Shown: positions 1 through 13,950 of the stretch, one piece after another | Layout: every line of letters starts with the position of its first letter | Position numbering within the stretch: the stretch's first letter is position 1 | Assembly: GCF_020745735.1 (NCBI RefSeq) | Contig: NC_083435.1 | Location: forward strand, 25,047,231 to 25,111,230 | DNA from: Hemiscyllium ocellatum | Taxonomy: Eukaryota | Direction: 5' to 3' | DNA length: 64,000 bases | The notes under the pieces: model-generated | Database searches by the model: none | Told to the model about the DNA's origin: nothing | Seen by the model: the letters and a program-made list of their open reading frames with translations, nothing else | Program-made: the position numbers and the translations under genes

Positions 1-469
1 TGAAATTTAACTAAAGCAAGTGGGAGGCTAAGAGGACCTTGCGTGCTGGGGCAGGGGAAGTTAATCTTGTTGTGCTACAGTGAGTTCCTGGCCATCCAAC
101 TCCCAATGCCCATTAGATAGTCATGGAGAACTATACAGGGTGAATAATTCAGGTTGGATTTTTACACAATACAGATAATAAGAGATTGTATGTTTGCGAA
201 AGAGATCGGAAGTCCTCTGTGGAGGAGCACTGGAACCCATCATGGCAATGCATAAGCTGATGATGTTCGGTTGGTCAATAGGGAATTTGGTTTTTTATTT
301 CTTTTGTTGTGTGTGTGTGCGGGTGTGAGACACAGTGAAAGACACAAGGTGCACAAATCTTTGTTCCATTTCCAGCACCAGGAAGATCGGAAAACACCCG
401 AGTGGCCAGTGACGAGCAGTGCCCTTCACATTAAAGGGCAATGCTGTGTGATCAAACAGTGAAGGGGAG

Positions 470-650
470 GGCAGGGGTTACATCAAAATAGAATTGGAGG
501 GGGAGATGATGCACTCTACTCCCTGTGGCGCCCACCTCTCCTTGAACAACTCCAGGGTGTTGGTGGACACCTCGTGCTCCTTCTCCAAGGACACCCGGGC
601 CCTAACGTAACCGCGGAAGAGGGGCAGGCAATTGGAGTAGGGAACCTGTC
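470..650 (-). mobile_element. 3' remnant of a different Tx1-like ORF2
   Basis: Minus frame FRGYVRARVSLEKEHEVSTNTLELFKERWAPQGVECII, recognised as the C-terminus typical of fish Tx1-type ORF2. Confidence 0.55.
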
Positions 651-1339
651 ATTGCAGTGTCTTGCACGCGATTGGTTAGAACAACACACACATGGAAGCC
701 ACTCAATGTTCCATTTGCCTGTTTTGGTCGGAGGCGGTCAGGGAGTCTGGCTGGTGCATTATTTCTCTGGTTAAGGATGTCCCTTTGTTTCAGCGAAATC
801 AGCTCCCAAAGCAAATCGCACTCCACCCTCGCCAGCATCCATTCAGTCCTCTCCCCCCGCCCCGTTCCACCCTCCCCAATCTCCCTTACCCCCTTCCAAT
901 CTTAGGTCCAGATACTGCAACGTGGGCGAGTGTGAGGACTACAGATGCTGGAGATTAGAGTCGAGAGTGTGGCGCCGGAAAAGCACAGCGTCCGGGGAGC
1001 AAGCGAATCGACGTTCGGATGCTGCCTGACCCGGTGTGTTTACCCAGCTCCGCACTCTCTACCGTAACGTGGCACCGACCGAGAGTTTTGGTCTCGCCTC
1101 TTACGTGAATTGTGAATCTCTCTGTTTACGTGGTCTTTTTTTTTTCAAAACTCAACATTCCCAACGGAGGCGGCGGGTTGATCAAACCGCCTGCCTGGTG
1201 AAAGCTGTCTGATGCCGGTTTGGTCAACACATCTGCCAGACAGGAAGGACAGTGACCAATGCTGCAGGAAGATGAGCAGCAGCCCTGCCATACCTTGGTT
1301 CCTCCTTTTGGGGGTGATCTGAATGGGTTGAATGTGAGA

Positions 1340-2345
1340 CGAAAAAAAATGTGGTGCTGGAAAAACACAGCAGGCCAGGCAGCATCTAGGAGCAAGAGAA
1401 TCGACGCTGGTCCTCACCTTCCACCCCACCAACCTCCGGATACATCGTCATTTCCGCCACCTCTAAACAGACCCCACCACCAGGGATATATTTCCCTCCC
1501 CACCCCTATCAGAGTTCTGGAGAGACTACTCCCTCTGTGACCCCCCTTGTCAGGTCCACACCCCCCCACCAACCCAACCTCCATCCCCAGCACCTTCCCC
1601 TGCAAGCGCAGGCAATGCAAAACTTGCGCCCACACCTCCTCCCTTACTTCCCTCCAAGGCCCCAAGGGATCCTTCCATATCCACCACAAATTCACCTGCA
1701 CCTCCACACACATCATTTAATGCATCCGCTGCACCCGATGTGGCCTCCTCTATATTGGGGAGACAGGCCGCCTACATGCGGAATGTTTCAGAGAACACCT
1801 CTGGGACACCCGCACCAACCAACCCAACCACCCTGTGGCTGTACACTTCAACTGCCCCTCCCACTCCGCCAAGGACATGCAGGTCTTTGGCCTCCTCCAT
1901 CGCCAGACCCTGGCCACACGACGCCTGGGGGAAGAGCGCCTCATCTTCCGCCTAGGAACCCTCCAACCACAAGGGATGAATGTAGATTTCTCCAGCTTCC
2001 TCATTTCCCCTCCCCCCCCCACCTTATCTCAGTCCCAACCCCCGAATTCAGCACTACCCTCTTGACCTGCAATCTTCTTCCTGACCTCTCCGCCCCCACC
2101 CCCCTCCGGTCTATCACCCCCACCCTCACCTCCTTCCACCTATGGTATTCCCAGTGCCCCTCCCCCAAATTCCCTCCCCCCTACCTTTTATCTCAGCCCG
2201 CTTGGCACATCAGCCTCATTCCTGAAGAAGGGCTTATGCCCAGAAAGTCGATTCTCCTGCTCCTTGGATGCTGCCTGGCCTGCTGCGTTTTTCCAGCACC
2301 ACATGTTTCAACTCTGGTCTCCAGCATCTGCAGTCCTCTCTTTCT
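1340..2345 (+). mobile_element. Penelope-like P1 3' fragment with an inverted terminal piece
   Basis: CIRCTRCGLLYIGETGR; same end as 45300-45665. Confidence 0.88.
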
Positions 2346-2539
2346 GCTTAATGTGAGAAAGTCCTACTGCATCATGGTGAAAACACTGCACAGAACAAAA
2401 ACTCACATAAAGTTGCACTTCCAACCAAGTGAACTGACCTATGTTAAAACAGCACTTACTGTGCTTAGGGTTCATGAAAAAAAAATGAATGACAGTGATA
2501 AGGCAAGGCATTGATTGACAACGATTGCCCTCTTGATGG

Positions 2540-2960
2540 AGCGCAGAAGTGGAGAGGTTTTTCAGCAGTGTCTCCATCTCGGTTTGCACACATTGGACGG
2601 AAAGTAGTGGGCAGGAAAACGAGGTGTTTCTGCTAAAGTTGCTAATGCCCGAGCCCACACCACCACACACCGCCTACTCACTGCAGTGCCCTCTGCATTA
2701 CAGATGCGAGCCCAACTCACTCGCCTCCGCAACCTTCTTCGGGTAAATCAGAGCTGGTTCGCGATGAGAAGCAACTGTGCAGTCACCCGACCTATCACTG
2801 ACACCGCTAGGGGCTATGAGTTTAGTAAGCTCGCTCTGCCTTAAACGTTTGGAATTATATTTGCATCCTCGATAACTTAGGGAACGGTTGCAAACTACCA
2901 TCGTGTTTTAGGTCGGGAGTTCGCCCATATCCCTATCCCGGTTGCTAAATAAGGCATTGG
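2540..2960. promoter_or_regulatory. Second CpG-enriched, non-repeat promoter-like segment with an octamer motif
   Basis: High CpG density, ATTTGCAT at 2859-2866, two minus-strand gtgagt donor-like sites near 2680-2722. Confidence 0.35.
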
Positions 2961-3740
2961 GAGAATTCCATTTGGGATGGAAAATCAATTCTTATTCATC
3001 TTCCCCTGCCCTTCCCATCTGCGTATTTCCCTCGTAACTACACAACTCACTGGTGTAAGCTCAGCATCGTCTTAAGTGTTTCAAATATTTGTTGAGAAGT
3101 TCTTCCAGACATTATCCATCATAAGGAATCTTCCAGGAGTTGAACATCACTCTTAAAGCCTCAAGACTCTTGAATTAGCTTCAGAATGCCTTTGTCCTGC
3201 TATTATCGCAATTGGCAATTCCTTTCATGTCGAGCTTTACATTGATCTGGTCGCAGCCTTAAGTTTCCTTAATTCTTAAGGTACAGCGTTAGATTCGACA
3301 CAAAAGTGACCCACTCATGGTTTTTGGATTAAATGAAGTTAATTTCCAACTATATTTTTTATATTTAGTCAACAGACCTGCAGAAACTTGCAACTCCCTA
3401 ACACAAACTCATTAGTGAGGAGATGTGCAGGTAACTAAATACAAGTTGGCTCTTTAGGGTTCTCTTCAGCTCCTCGGATGCTGCCTGAGCTGCTGTGCTT
3501 TTCCAGCGTCACTCTGATCTAAGCTCTGACATCTGCAGTCCTCACTTTTGCCTGCTTAGGGATCTCTGACAGTACGTGCACAACTTCAACCTATTGCATC
3601 TATCTCTGGCACACATGACTGATTGACCAATATAGGGCTTACTGGCGCCATTCCTGTGTCCTATGCATAAAGATTCAGCATCAACTTCACACAGGGTTGG
3701 AGGTCCAACTTCTGGCTTGGCAGCGCATGTTTGTAGACAT

Positions 3741-5237
3741 GATTGGGAGGTGCCGGTGTTGGACCGAGGTGTACAAGGATAAAAATCACACAAAAATCAC
3801 CAGGTTATAGTCCAACAGGTTTATTTGGGAGCACTAGCTTTCAGAGCGCTGCTCCTTCATCAGGTGGTTGTGGAGTATAAGATGTAAGACACAGAATTTA
3901 TAGCAAAAGTTTACAGTGTGATGTAACTGAGATGATATGTTGAAAAAGACCTGGATTGTTTGTTAAGTCTCTCATCTTTTAGAATGAGCATGTTGGTTTC
4001 AGTTCTTTCTTATGTAAATCCCATAACTTTTTTAAAAAGTTACATTCTCAAGTGAACATTAACAATAGGTGCATTGTCAGCTCAGATAAAGCATTGAAGG
4101 TGTAAGGTTAAAGCCTGTTCTTCTGTTCCCAATGTTCAGACTGATTCTATGTCTAAAAAAAAGGATTTCGAGAATCTTACGAGGATTCATGCAATTTTTG
4201 AGCAAACTAAAACATAATTCTGCAGGTACAAATTCACCTCATAAACTTATATGTGTGTGTGCGGGAAGGTGCGAGTGCCTGTGAGACAGAGTATGTATGT
4301 CTATGTCCATGAGTGTAAAGTCTGTGAGAGGGTGTGTGTGTGTGGATGTAAGTGTTGGGGTGGGGGTGGGGGGGGGGTGTATGCGTGAGCATATGAGAGA
4401 GGGTCTGTGTGAGTGTATGGGTCTGTAGGAGTGTGTGCGTGCATGTGTGTGTACAAGCACGTGTGTATGTGTGAGTGTCTGTGCATGTGTGTGTCTGTCT
4501 GTATGTGTGTGTGTAGTGCAGTAGGGTCACCTGTCGTGTGATATGAACCCAAGGACCTTGTTGAGGCCATCCCCATGGGTAGCCAATTTCTCTCTCTCAC
4601 ACACACACACACTCCTACAGACCCATACACTAAGCAGACCCTCTCCCATATACAAAGTCTCTCTCATACGCTCACACATACACACTCCCATACTCAACTA
4701 CATATGCACCCTCTCACACACTTGTATCCGTTTACACTCACACACACTACACACATACACACACTCTCACCCACCCACCTACCCACCCACCCACGCACCC
4801 ATATGCGTTTGCAGAATTACATTTTGTTTTGCTTAAAAACTGCATGAATCCATGTAAGATTCTGTAAATCCTTTACTTTTAGAAATAGAATCTGTCTGAA
4901 CATTGACACAAACACACAGACTTTATCGTTATACCTTCAATGCATTGGCTGAGCTGACATGGTGCCTGTTGTTAATGTTCACTTGAGAATGTAACTTTTT
5001 TTTAAGAAAGAACCGAAACCAACATGGTCATTCTAAAAGATGAGAGACTGAACAAACAATCCAGGTCTTTTTCGATATATAATTTCAGGGACATCACACT
5101 GTAAACTTTTGTTAAAAATTCTGTGTCTTACATCTTATTCTCCACAACCACCTGATGAAGGAGCAGCGCTCCGAAAGCTAGTGCTTCCAAATAAACCTGT
5201 TGGACTATAATCTGGTGTTGTGTGGTTTTTTTTAACT
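3741..5237. mobile_element. Penelope-like family P2: inverted pair of 3' ends with (GT)/(CA)-rich region
   Basis: Arms are reverse complements; hammerhead-bearing termini; degenerate LNRDLGF-type GIY-YIG C-terminus at the junction. Confidence 0.85.
5149..5183 (+). ncRNA. Minimal type I hammerhead ribozyme (P2 family)
   Basis: Stem I CAC/GUG, CUGAUGA(A), GGAGC-AGC-GCUCC, GAAA, palindromic AGCU, CUA site. Confidence 0.7.
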
Positions 5238-5964
5238 ATGTTTGCAGAATTAACCATGTCTGGAAACTACTGAAATGATATTATGATTTGCGTTTTAAAG
5301 GGGTGTGTTTCTGCACGCACGAAATTAATTTTAATATTTATTTAATAAATTTGGTTATTTATTATCAGTTGCTAACAAATAATCATTACCGTGAGGTGCT
5401 TTTGGCGGTAACTACTTGAACTACGGGAGGTTTCCCGTATAAATTCCTCCCGAAAGTTGTCAACCAGCAGCCAATCATCGATGGGATACAATGTTTCTGA
5501 AAGATCCTGTTTCAAAATCTTTTGATGGTTTCAAGTAAATAATGAAAATTGGCTGATTAAGGGATTAAAAATGTTCTTTTATTTACTTCTGTTTTAGGTA
5601 ACCGACACTTGCATTATGTAGATTAATATTAATGTGGCACATTGAACAAGCAAGATATTGCAAGTGGATGGAAATAGATACAGCCATGGCTTGCTAGGGT
5701 TCTATGCAACGTTGCTGCGACCCCTGCTGGACAACTGTGTAAAATGTTGGTCCCCGAACTGAGAAAGGATGCAAATGTGTTGGCTGTATTGAACAGATGG
5801 TGAACTTTAGTGATACCTTGAATGAGAGATTATTTTATAAGGAAACATTTGAAAGCTTGTGTCTATGTCTTTAGGAGTTTTGAAGACCAACAGATAAACC
5901 TAATGAATCATATGAAGCCCTGACAGAACGTGCAGGGCTATGCTGTACATTTCTATGACTGATT

Positions 5965-7357
5965 TGGAGATGCCGGTGGTGGACTGGGATGTACAAAGTT
6001 AAAAATCACACAACACCAGGTTATAGTCCAACGGGTTTAATTGGAAGCACTAGCTTTCGGAATGCTGCTCCTTCATCAGGCGATTGTGGAGGGCTCAATT
6101 GTAAGGCACAGAATTTATAGCAAAAATTTACAGTGTGATGCAACTGAAATTATACATTGAAAAATATCTTGATTGTCTGTTGAGCCTTTCATCTGTTCGA
6201 ATACCATGACAGTTTCACTTCTTTCATGTGTAAATCACAAAACCTTTTTTGAAAAATTGCATTCTCAGGTTGACTGTAACAATTGGTATTAGCTAGACAA
6301 TATGTTGAAGGTGTTAGTCCCCTGTGTTCTCTGTCCATGCCATGATGTTTAGATTGTTTCTAATCTAAAAAGTGAGACAACAGAGTTTTACATAAATTCA
6401 TGTAGTTTTTGATCAAAGTAAAATGTAACTCTGCAATTACAAATTCACCCCACAAAATATATGTGTGCATGTGGGTCTTTGTGTCTGTGTGTGTGTGTGT
6501 CTATCTGGTTTGGGGTTTGTGAGTGTGAGAGAGAGTGTATATGTGTGTGTATTGAGTGTAGAGTGTCTTAAGTCTGTGAGGGGGTGCATGTGTGAGTGTG
6601 GGAGTGTGTGTTTCTATAAGGGTGTGTGTGAGTGTCTGTGTATATGTGTGTCCGTGTGTATATGTGTGTTTTGGAGTGCCTGTGTGTGCATGTGTAGGAG
6701 TGCCTGTGTGTGTGTATAGTGCAATGGTGGTCACCTGTAGTGTGACATGAACCCAAGGTCCCGGTTGAGACCCTCCCTATGGGACCTTGGGGTCATGTCA
6801 CACTATAGGTGACCACCATTGCACTATACACACACACAAACACTCCTATACACACACATATACAGACATGCACACAAACACTCATGCACACAAATATACG
6901 CACTCTCTCACAGACACTCACAACACCCGACCCCAAACACACACACACACACACTCCCACACTCACACATGCAACTCCTCACAGACTTAAAACATTCTAC
7001 ACTCAATACACACACCTATACACTCTCTCTCTCACACTCACAACCCCCAACCCAGACAGACACAAAGATCCACATGCACACGTATATTTTGTGGGGTGAA
7101 TTTGTACTTGCAGAGTTACATTGTACTTTGATCAAAAACTACATGAATTTATGTAAAACTCTGTTATCTCACTTTTTAGATTAGAATCAATCTAAACATC
7201 ATGGCATAGACAGAGAACACAGGGGGCTAACACCTTCAACATATTGTCTAACTAAGACCAATTGTTACAGTCAACCTGAGAATGCAACTTTTTAAAAAAT
7301 GCTTTTGTGATTTACACATGAAAGAAGTGAAACTATCATGGTATTCGAACAGATGAA
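5965..7357. mobile_element. Penelope-like P2: second inverted pair
   Basis: Minus frame EGLNRDLGFMSHYR* at about 6730-6775; fold-back junction at about 6780. Confidence 0.85.
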
Positions 7358-10300
7358 AGATTGGTGTATGGGAGAAGGATTCACATTTTTGGATCATTGG
7401 AATCTCTTTTGGGGTAAAAGTGACCTGTACAAGGAGGACAGATTGCACCAAAATTGGAAGGGAGATTTGCTAGAACTGCTTGGGAGGATTTAAACTAATA
7501 AAGTGGGGGGTGGGTGGGACCCAGGAACATAGTGAGGAAAGAGATCGATTTGTGACTGGTACAGTTGAAAACAGAAGTGAGTCAAACAGTCAGGGCAAGC
7601 AGGGACAAGGTAGAACTAATAAATTAAACTGCATTTATTTCAATGCAAGGGGCCTAACAGGGAAGGCAGTTGAACTCAGGGCATGGTTCGGAACATGGGA
7701 CTGGAATATCAAAGTAATTAGCTCAAGGATGGACAGGACTGGCAGTTTAATGTTCCAGGATACAAATGTTAGAGGAAGGGTAGAAAGGGAGTCAAGAGAG
7801 GAGAGGGAGTGGCATTTTTGATCAGGGATAGCATTAAAGCTGTGCTGAGAAAGGATATTCCTGGAAATACACCCAGGGAAGTTATTTGGGTGGAACTGAG
7901 AAATAAGGAAGGGATGATCACCTTAATGGGATTGCATTATAGACCCCCTAATAGTCAGAGGGAAATTGAGAAACAAACTTGCAAGGAGACCTCAGCTATC
8001 TGTGAGAATAATAGAGTAGTTATGGTAGGGGATTTTAACTTGGGGATTGCCATAGTGTTAAGGGTTTAGATGGAGAGGAATTTCTTAAGTGCGTACAAGA
8101 CAATTTTCTGATTCAGTATGTGGATGTACCTACTAGAGAAGGTGCAAAACTTGACCTACTCTTGGGAAATATGGCAGGGCAGGTGACTGAAGTGTTAGTG
8201 GGGGAGCACTTTGGGGCCAGCGACCATAATTCTATTTGTTTTAAAATACTGATGGAAAAGGATAGACCAAATCTAAAAGTTGAAGTTCTAAATTGGAGAA
8301 AGGCCAATTTTGACAGTATTAGGCAAGAACTTTTGCAAGCTGATTGGAGGCAGATGTTCGCAGGTAAAGGGACGGCTGGAAAATGGGAAGCCTTCAGAAA
8401 TGAGATAACAAGAAAATCCAGAGAAAGTATATTCCTGTCAGGGTGAAAGGGAAGGCTGGTAGGTATAGGGAATGCTGGATGACTAAAGAAATTGAGGGTT
8501 TGGTTAAGAAAATGAAGGAAGCATGTGCCAAGTATAGACAGGATGGATAGAGTGAATCCTTAGAAAAGTATAAAGGAAATAGGAATAGACTTAAGAGGGA
8601 AATCAGGAGGGTAAAAAGGGGACATAAGATAGCTTTGGCAAATAGAATTAAAGAGAATACAAAGGGTTTTTACAAATATATTAAGGATAAAAGGATAACT
8701 AGGGAGAGAATAGGGCCCCTCAAAGATCAGCAAGGCGGCCCTTGTGTGGAGCCACAGAAAATGGGGGAGATACTAAATGAATATTTTGCGCCAGTATTTA
8801 CTGTGGAAAAGGATATGGAAGATACATAATGTAGTGAAATAGATGGTGACATCTTGCAAACTGTACAGGTTACAGAGGAGGAAGTGCTGGATGTCTTGAA
8901 ACGGGTAAAGGTAGATAAATCCCCAGGACCTGATCAGGTGTACCCGAGAACTCTGTGGGAAGTTAGAGAAGTGATTGCTGGACCTCTTGCTGAGATATTT
9001 GTAACATCGATAGACACAGTGAGGTGCCAGAAGACTGGAGGTTGGCAAACATAGTGCCACTGTTTAAGAAGGGCGGTAAAGACAAGCCAGAGAACTATAG
9101 ACCGATGAGCCTGACCTCAGTGGTGGGCAAGTTGTTGGAGGGAATCCTGAGGGACAGGATGTACATGTATTTGGAAAGGCAAGGACTGATTAGGGATAGT
9201 CAACATGGCTTTGTGAATGGGAAATCATGTCTCACAAACTTGATTGAGTTTTTTGAAGAAGTAACAAAGAAGATTGATGAGGGCAGAGCAGTAGATGTGA
9301 TCTATATGGACTTCAGTAAGACATTTGATAAGGTTCCCCATGGGAGACTGATTAGCAAGGTTAGATCTCATGGAGTACAGGGAGAACTAGCCATTTAGAT
9401 ACAGAACTGGCTCAAAGGTAGAAGACAGAGGGTGGTGGTGGAGTGTTGTTTTTCAGACTGGAGGCCTGTGACCAGTGGAGTGCCACAAGGATCGGTGCTG
9501 GGTCCTCCACCTTTTGTAATTTACATAAATGATTTGGATGTGAGCATAAGAGGTACAGTTAGTAAGTTTGCAGATGACACCAAAATTGGAGGTGTCATGG
9601 ACAGAGAAGAGGGTTACCTCAGATTATAACAGGACCAGATGGGCCAATGGACTGAGAATTGGCAGATAGAGTTTAATTCAGATAAATGCGAGATACTGCA
9701 TTTTGAGAAAGTAAATCTTAGCAGGACTTATACACTTACTGGTAAGGTCCTAGGGAGTGTTGCTGAACAAAGAGACCTTGGAGTGCAGGTTCATAGCTTC
9801 TTGAAAGTGGAGTCGCAGGTAGATAGGATAGTGAAGAAGGCATTTGGTATGCTTTCTTTTCCTGGTCAGAGAATTGAGTACAGGAGTTGGGAGGTCATGT
9901 TGCGGCTGTACAAGACATTGATTAAGGTACTGTTGGAATATTGCGCACAATTCTGGTCTCCTTTCTATCGGAAAGATGTTGTGAAATTTGAAAGGGTTCA
10001 GAAACAACTTACAAGGTATGTTGCCAGGGTTGGAGGATTTGAGCTATAGGGAGAGGTTGAACATGCTGGGTCTGCTTTCCCTGGAGCGTCAAAGGCTGAG
10101 GGGTGACCTTATAGAGGTTTATAAAATTATGAGGGGCATGGATAAGATAAATAGACAAAGTCTTTTCTCTGGGGTCGGGGAGTCCAGAACTAGAGGGCAT
10201 AGGTTTAGAGTGAGAGGGGAAAGATACAAAAGAGACCTAAGGGGCAACCTCTTCATGCAGAGGATGGTACGTGTATGGATTGAGCTGCCAGAGGATGTGG

Positions 10301-10490
10301 TGGAGGCTGGTACAATTGCAACATTTAAGAGGCATTTGGATGGGTATTTGAATAGGAAGGGTTTGGAGGGATATGGGCCGAGTGCTGGCAGGTGGGACTA
10401 GATTGTGTTGGGATATCTGGTCGGCATGGACAGGTTGAACCGAAGAATCTGTTTCCATGCTGTACATCTCTGTGACTCTATGACTCAACA
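7358..10490 (+). mobile_element. CR1-clade (HER1-like) LINE: ORF1 esterase remnant plus frameshifted ORF2
   Basis: WCMGEGFTFLDHWN (ORF1 SGNH region); CIYFNARGL, VMVGDFN, KSPGPD, NYRPMSL, YMDFSKTFDKVPH, SGVPQGSVLGP, FADDTK; CTATGACT-type tail. Confidence 0.92.
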
Positions 10491-10714
10491 GACAATCAAG
10501 GTATTTTTCAATGTATAATTTCAGTTACATCACACTGTAAATTTCTGCTCTAAGTTCTGGGCCTTTCTATAGTGTCTTCCACTATCTCCTGTTGAAGGAG
10601 CGATGCTCTGAAAGCTAGTGTCCTTCCAATTAAATCTGTTGGACTATAACCTGGTGTGAGTTTTAACTTTGTACACCCCAGTCCAACACTGGCATCTCAC
10701 AAATCATTAAAAAA

Positions 10715-11440
10715 ACTCAGCATGTCGAATCACCGAATCATACATGGATAGGGGCATGGATAGGGTGAATAGCCAAAGTCTTTGACTCAATGTAGGGGAG
10801 TCCAGAACTGGAGGGCATAAGTTTAAGGTGAAAGAGGAAAAATTTAAAAAGTACCTAAGTGGCAACTTTTTCATGCAGAGGGTGGTGCATGTATAGAATA
10901 AGCTGCCAGAAGAATTGATGGAGGCTGATACAATGACAATATTTAAAAGGCATCTGGATGGATACATGAATAAGAAGGGTTTAGAGGGAGATGGACCAAA
11001 TGCTCACAAAGGGTCTCGATTAATTTCGGCTATCCAGTCAGCATGGACGAGTTGGAGTGAAGGGTCTGTTTCTGTTTTGAATATCTGTATAACTCTATGA
11101 TTCATACAGTATGGAATGTGAAGAGAAACACAGAGTTAACATGAAGGGTGAATGGACTTGAAATGTTAACTCTATTTTTTTCTCTACAGATGTTGTGAAA
11201 ATTGAAAGGGTTCTGAAAAGATTTACAACGATGTTGCTGATGTTGGAAGATTTGAGCTATAGCAAGAGGCTGAATAGGCTGGGGCTGTTTTCCCTGGAAT
11301 GTCGGAGGCTGAGGAGTGACCTTATTGAGGTCTATGGATAGAGTATAAAGACAAGGTATTTTCCCTGAATTCAGAATATCTAGTCAGCATCAACAAGTTG
11401 GACGGAAAGGTCTGTTTCCGTACTCTACATCTCTATGACT
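10715..11440 (+). mobile_element. Cluster of CR1 3' fragments
   Basis: Match by eye to the CR1 3' end at 10100-10480. Confidence 0.75.
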
Positions 11441-13950
11441 CAGTGACCTGCTGACTTTTGTTTACACTTTCTGAACTTATTTCAGATTTCCAGCATCTGC
11501 AGTTCTTTGTTTGCAATTTGTTTGTAAGTTGGGGGCACATTTTAAACATAAGGAGTCACCCAGTGAAGACGGAGTGGGATAGAACTTCTCCCAGAGTGTA
11601 GAACTGTCTTCCACCAAACAGCAGGAGATGTGGGGCTGTTAAATACATTCAAGGCAGTGTTAAATGGCGAAAGGTAAGAATGTGGAGCTGAGACCACAAG
11701 CAGATCAGTCATGACTTTATTGAATGTTGGAGTAGATTTAAGGCACCAGAGGGTTTATATCTGCTCCTGATTTGTATATCTATACAAGAATTTGCATTGG
11801 TTTTTCAGTTAGAGTTTGCTATGTAGACCATCCCTATCCTTTAAATGTCAACATTCCATTCTGGTCAAGCTTTAAAATGCTTTGCTGTCAGTTTCTATGT
11901 CATGTGCATCTGGTTGTTTTGGGGAGGTGGCAGGACAGGGAGTGGTGTATGTATTGTCCTCCAGATATTTCATTTTCTTGATTTTCACCCTGATTTTAGG
12001 ATGTCTGGGAAGAATGTTCAACTTCCATGTCAGACTCACACTGATCTCCTTCAGTGTCAAACTGCAGCGAAAACTTTATCACAGGTTACAAAGTCAAAAA
12101 TGACTCACTCAGTGACACCATAGATACGACATGAATGCGCCCGACATGTGAATCCCAGAGCATCTTGGTGTGAGGTGGACAGAAGCAGCCACAGTTGCTA
12201 TCACTGTTCACTATTCAGTAATGCCTGTTAGATGTGGATAGAACAGTGGCTGAGATGGATATCTGAAGAGTTATCCCATAAAGTGACATTGATTGAATCC
12301 TGGTCAGAGACGATGGGCGATCTCTGGTGTATCACATGCTGCTTGAGCTCAGCAGTTTCAGAGACAATAGCAGGGGACTGAGGAATGGAGTAACATTGCT
12401 GAGCAACCAGCTCAAACCAACTTTTCCATGATAAGAAATTGTATTCCATTTTCTTTTCCATCAGAATTTCACCTTTCAGTATTTAACTCCCGATTAAATT
12501 TGACTTCTATGTATTCACATTAAAATGATTCCAAAGTTCCGACATAGAAATACATATAAAATTCATGGGTTCTGTATTCCTCCTCGGATGTTCTTATTTT
12601 TCCCAGCTGTTCTTAAGCTCCCAGAGGCAGTCACAGATTTGAAACAACTTGGTGGGACAAATTATTTGACTCAGTTCCTGGATTCACTGTTCAGACCATG
12701 ACCTGGACAACTTAATTAATTTCCTCCACCTTCAAGACGCTCCAGCAGGACAATCTCACATGATCTTCAGTCGTCCAGCCTGATCTTCAAATTCATATTA
12801 ATTATCGAGTGATTGCTGTTGTGTAGGGAGAAATATGAAAGAGGAGTCTTGACTTCTATGTCCAGCAATATGAGTAACGTTTATTCAAAGCTTTTCTAGC
12901 ACATATTAGGAGAGGCCGGAGACAACTCTGTATCTGGCTTACACGTGGGTCCCAGTCACCCTCTTAATTACAGCTCAGATCAGAGGAGAGATCAATGACA
13001 TTAAGTTCCCTAGCTGAATACAACATTTTTATACTTTTACATCGCACAATTACATGCAACATTGATGTCATTGTTAGCCACACACCCCTAATCTATACAT
13101 CCGATTCTATAAACTCACAATCAATGAAGGAAAACTCTACGGACAGCTCTAGGTCCTCCCATAATCACATGGTGTTTACTGGACCCCTCCATTATCTGTC
13201 TTTGGGACTTTACAGTGCTTCTGACAGTTTTATTCCTTCCCAGACATTATTCCCGGCTGTATCATGTTAATTGCCAATAAATAAGACACTTACTTATTGC
13301 TAAGAACTCTTCCAAATTCTGTACTAACTTTTGTACGTCAGACTAGGATGGATATTAATTTCTACCAATGGTTATAAGATCAACTCTAATAAAACGTTGC
13401 TACAATTCTGTGACACAGCTGATAAATGGAGAAAAACCCTTCTCTGACTTCAACCGAGAGATCACATTACAGTCCCTCTGATTTGTGGCTGCAGTTTATA
13501 TCCTCTGCTATTTGTATGCTGTGAGAGAATCTGAAACTAAATTTTCATTTGTAAATAGATCTTTACTGTTCCTACTCTAAACACTTGCCATTACTAATCT
13601 TTTTCCCTCAACAGGAAGCATCTATTCGAATTCCACTTCTAAGGGTGGAATTTAATCACTTTACAACTTTACCAAGTCTTCAAACAAAACTGAAATAACT
13701 GGGGGGACATAAGCACATCTTCACTCTGCATTTTGTAATCTGTCTTTGTCACTCATCCTTTGAGTGTAAGAATTTGTTCAAATTATCTGCACCAGCATTT
13801 AAGCTTCAATTGTTGATCTCTCCCCAATCGTAACCTTTCTTTTTACAACCTTATTCTGCCCTCCTTCTGTGCAAATAGTTTTTTAGGGATCATTTTTACA
13901 CCAGTTATTATTTTATCTTCCAGAATGATGCAATGGACCTTCTTACTGCC

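Noticed and set aside
4234-7184. His/Thr-rich and Val/Cys-rich ORFs
   Set aside because: Translations of (CA)/(GT) tracts inside Penelope 3' regions.
12819-13404. Possible further solo LTR (TG...AATAAA...CA)
   Set aside because: No second copy or TSD visible in the window, so it could not be supported.
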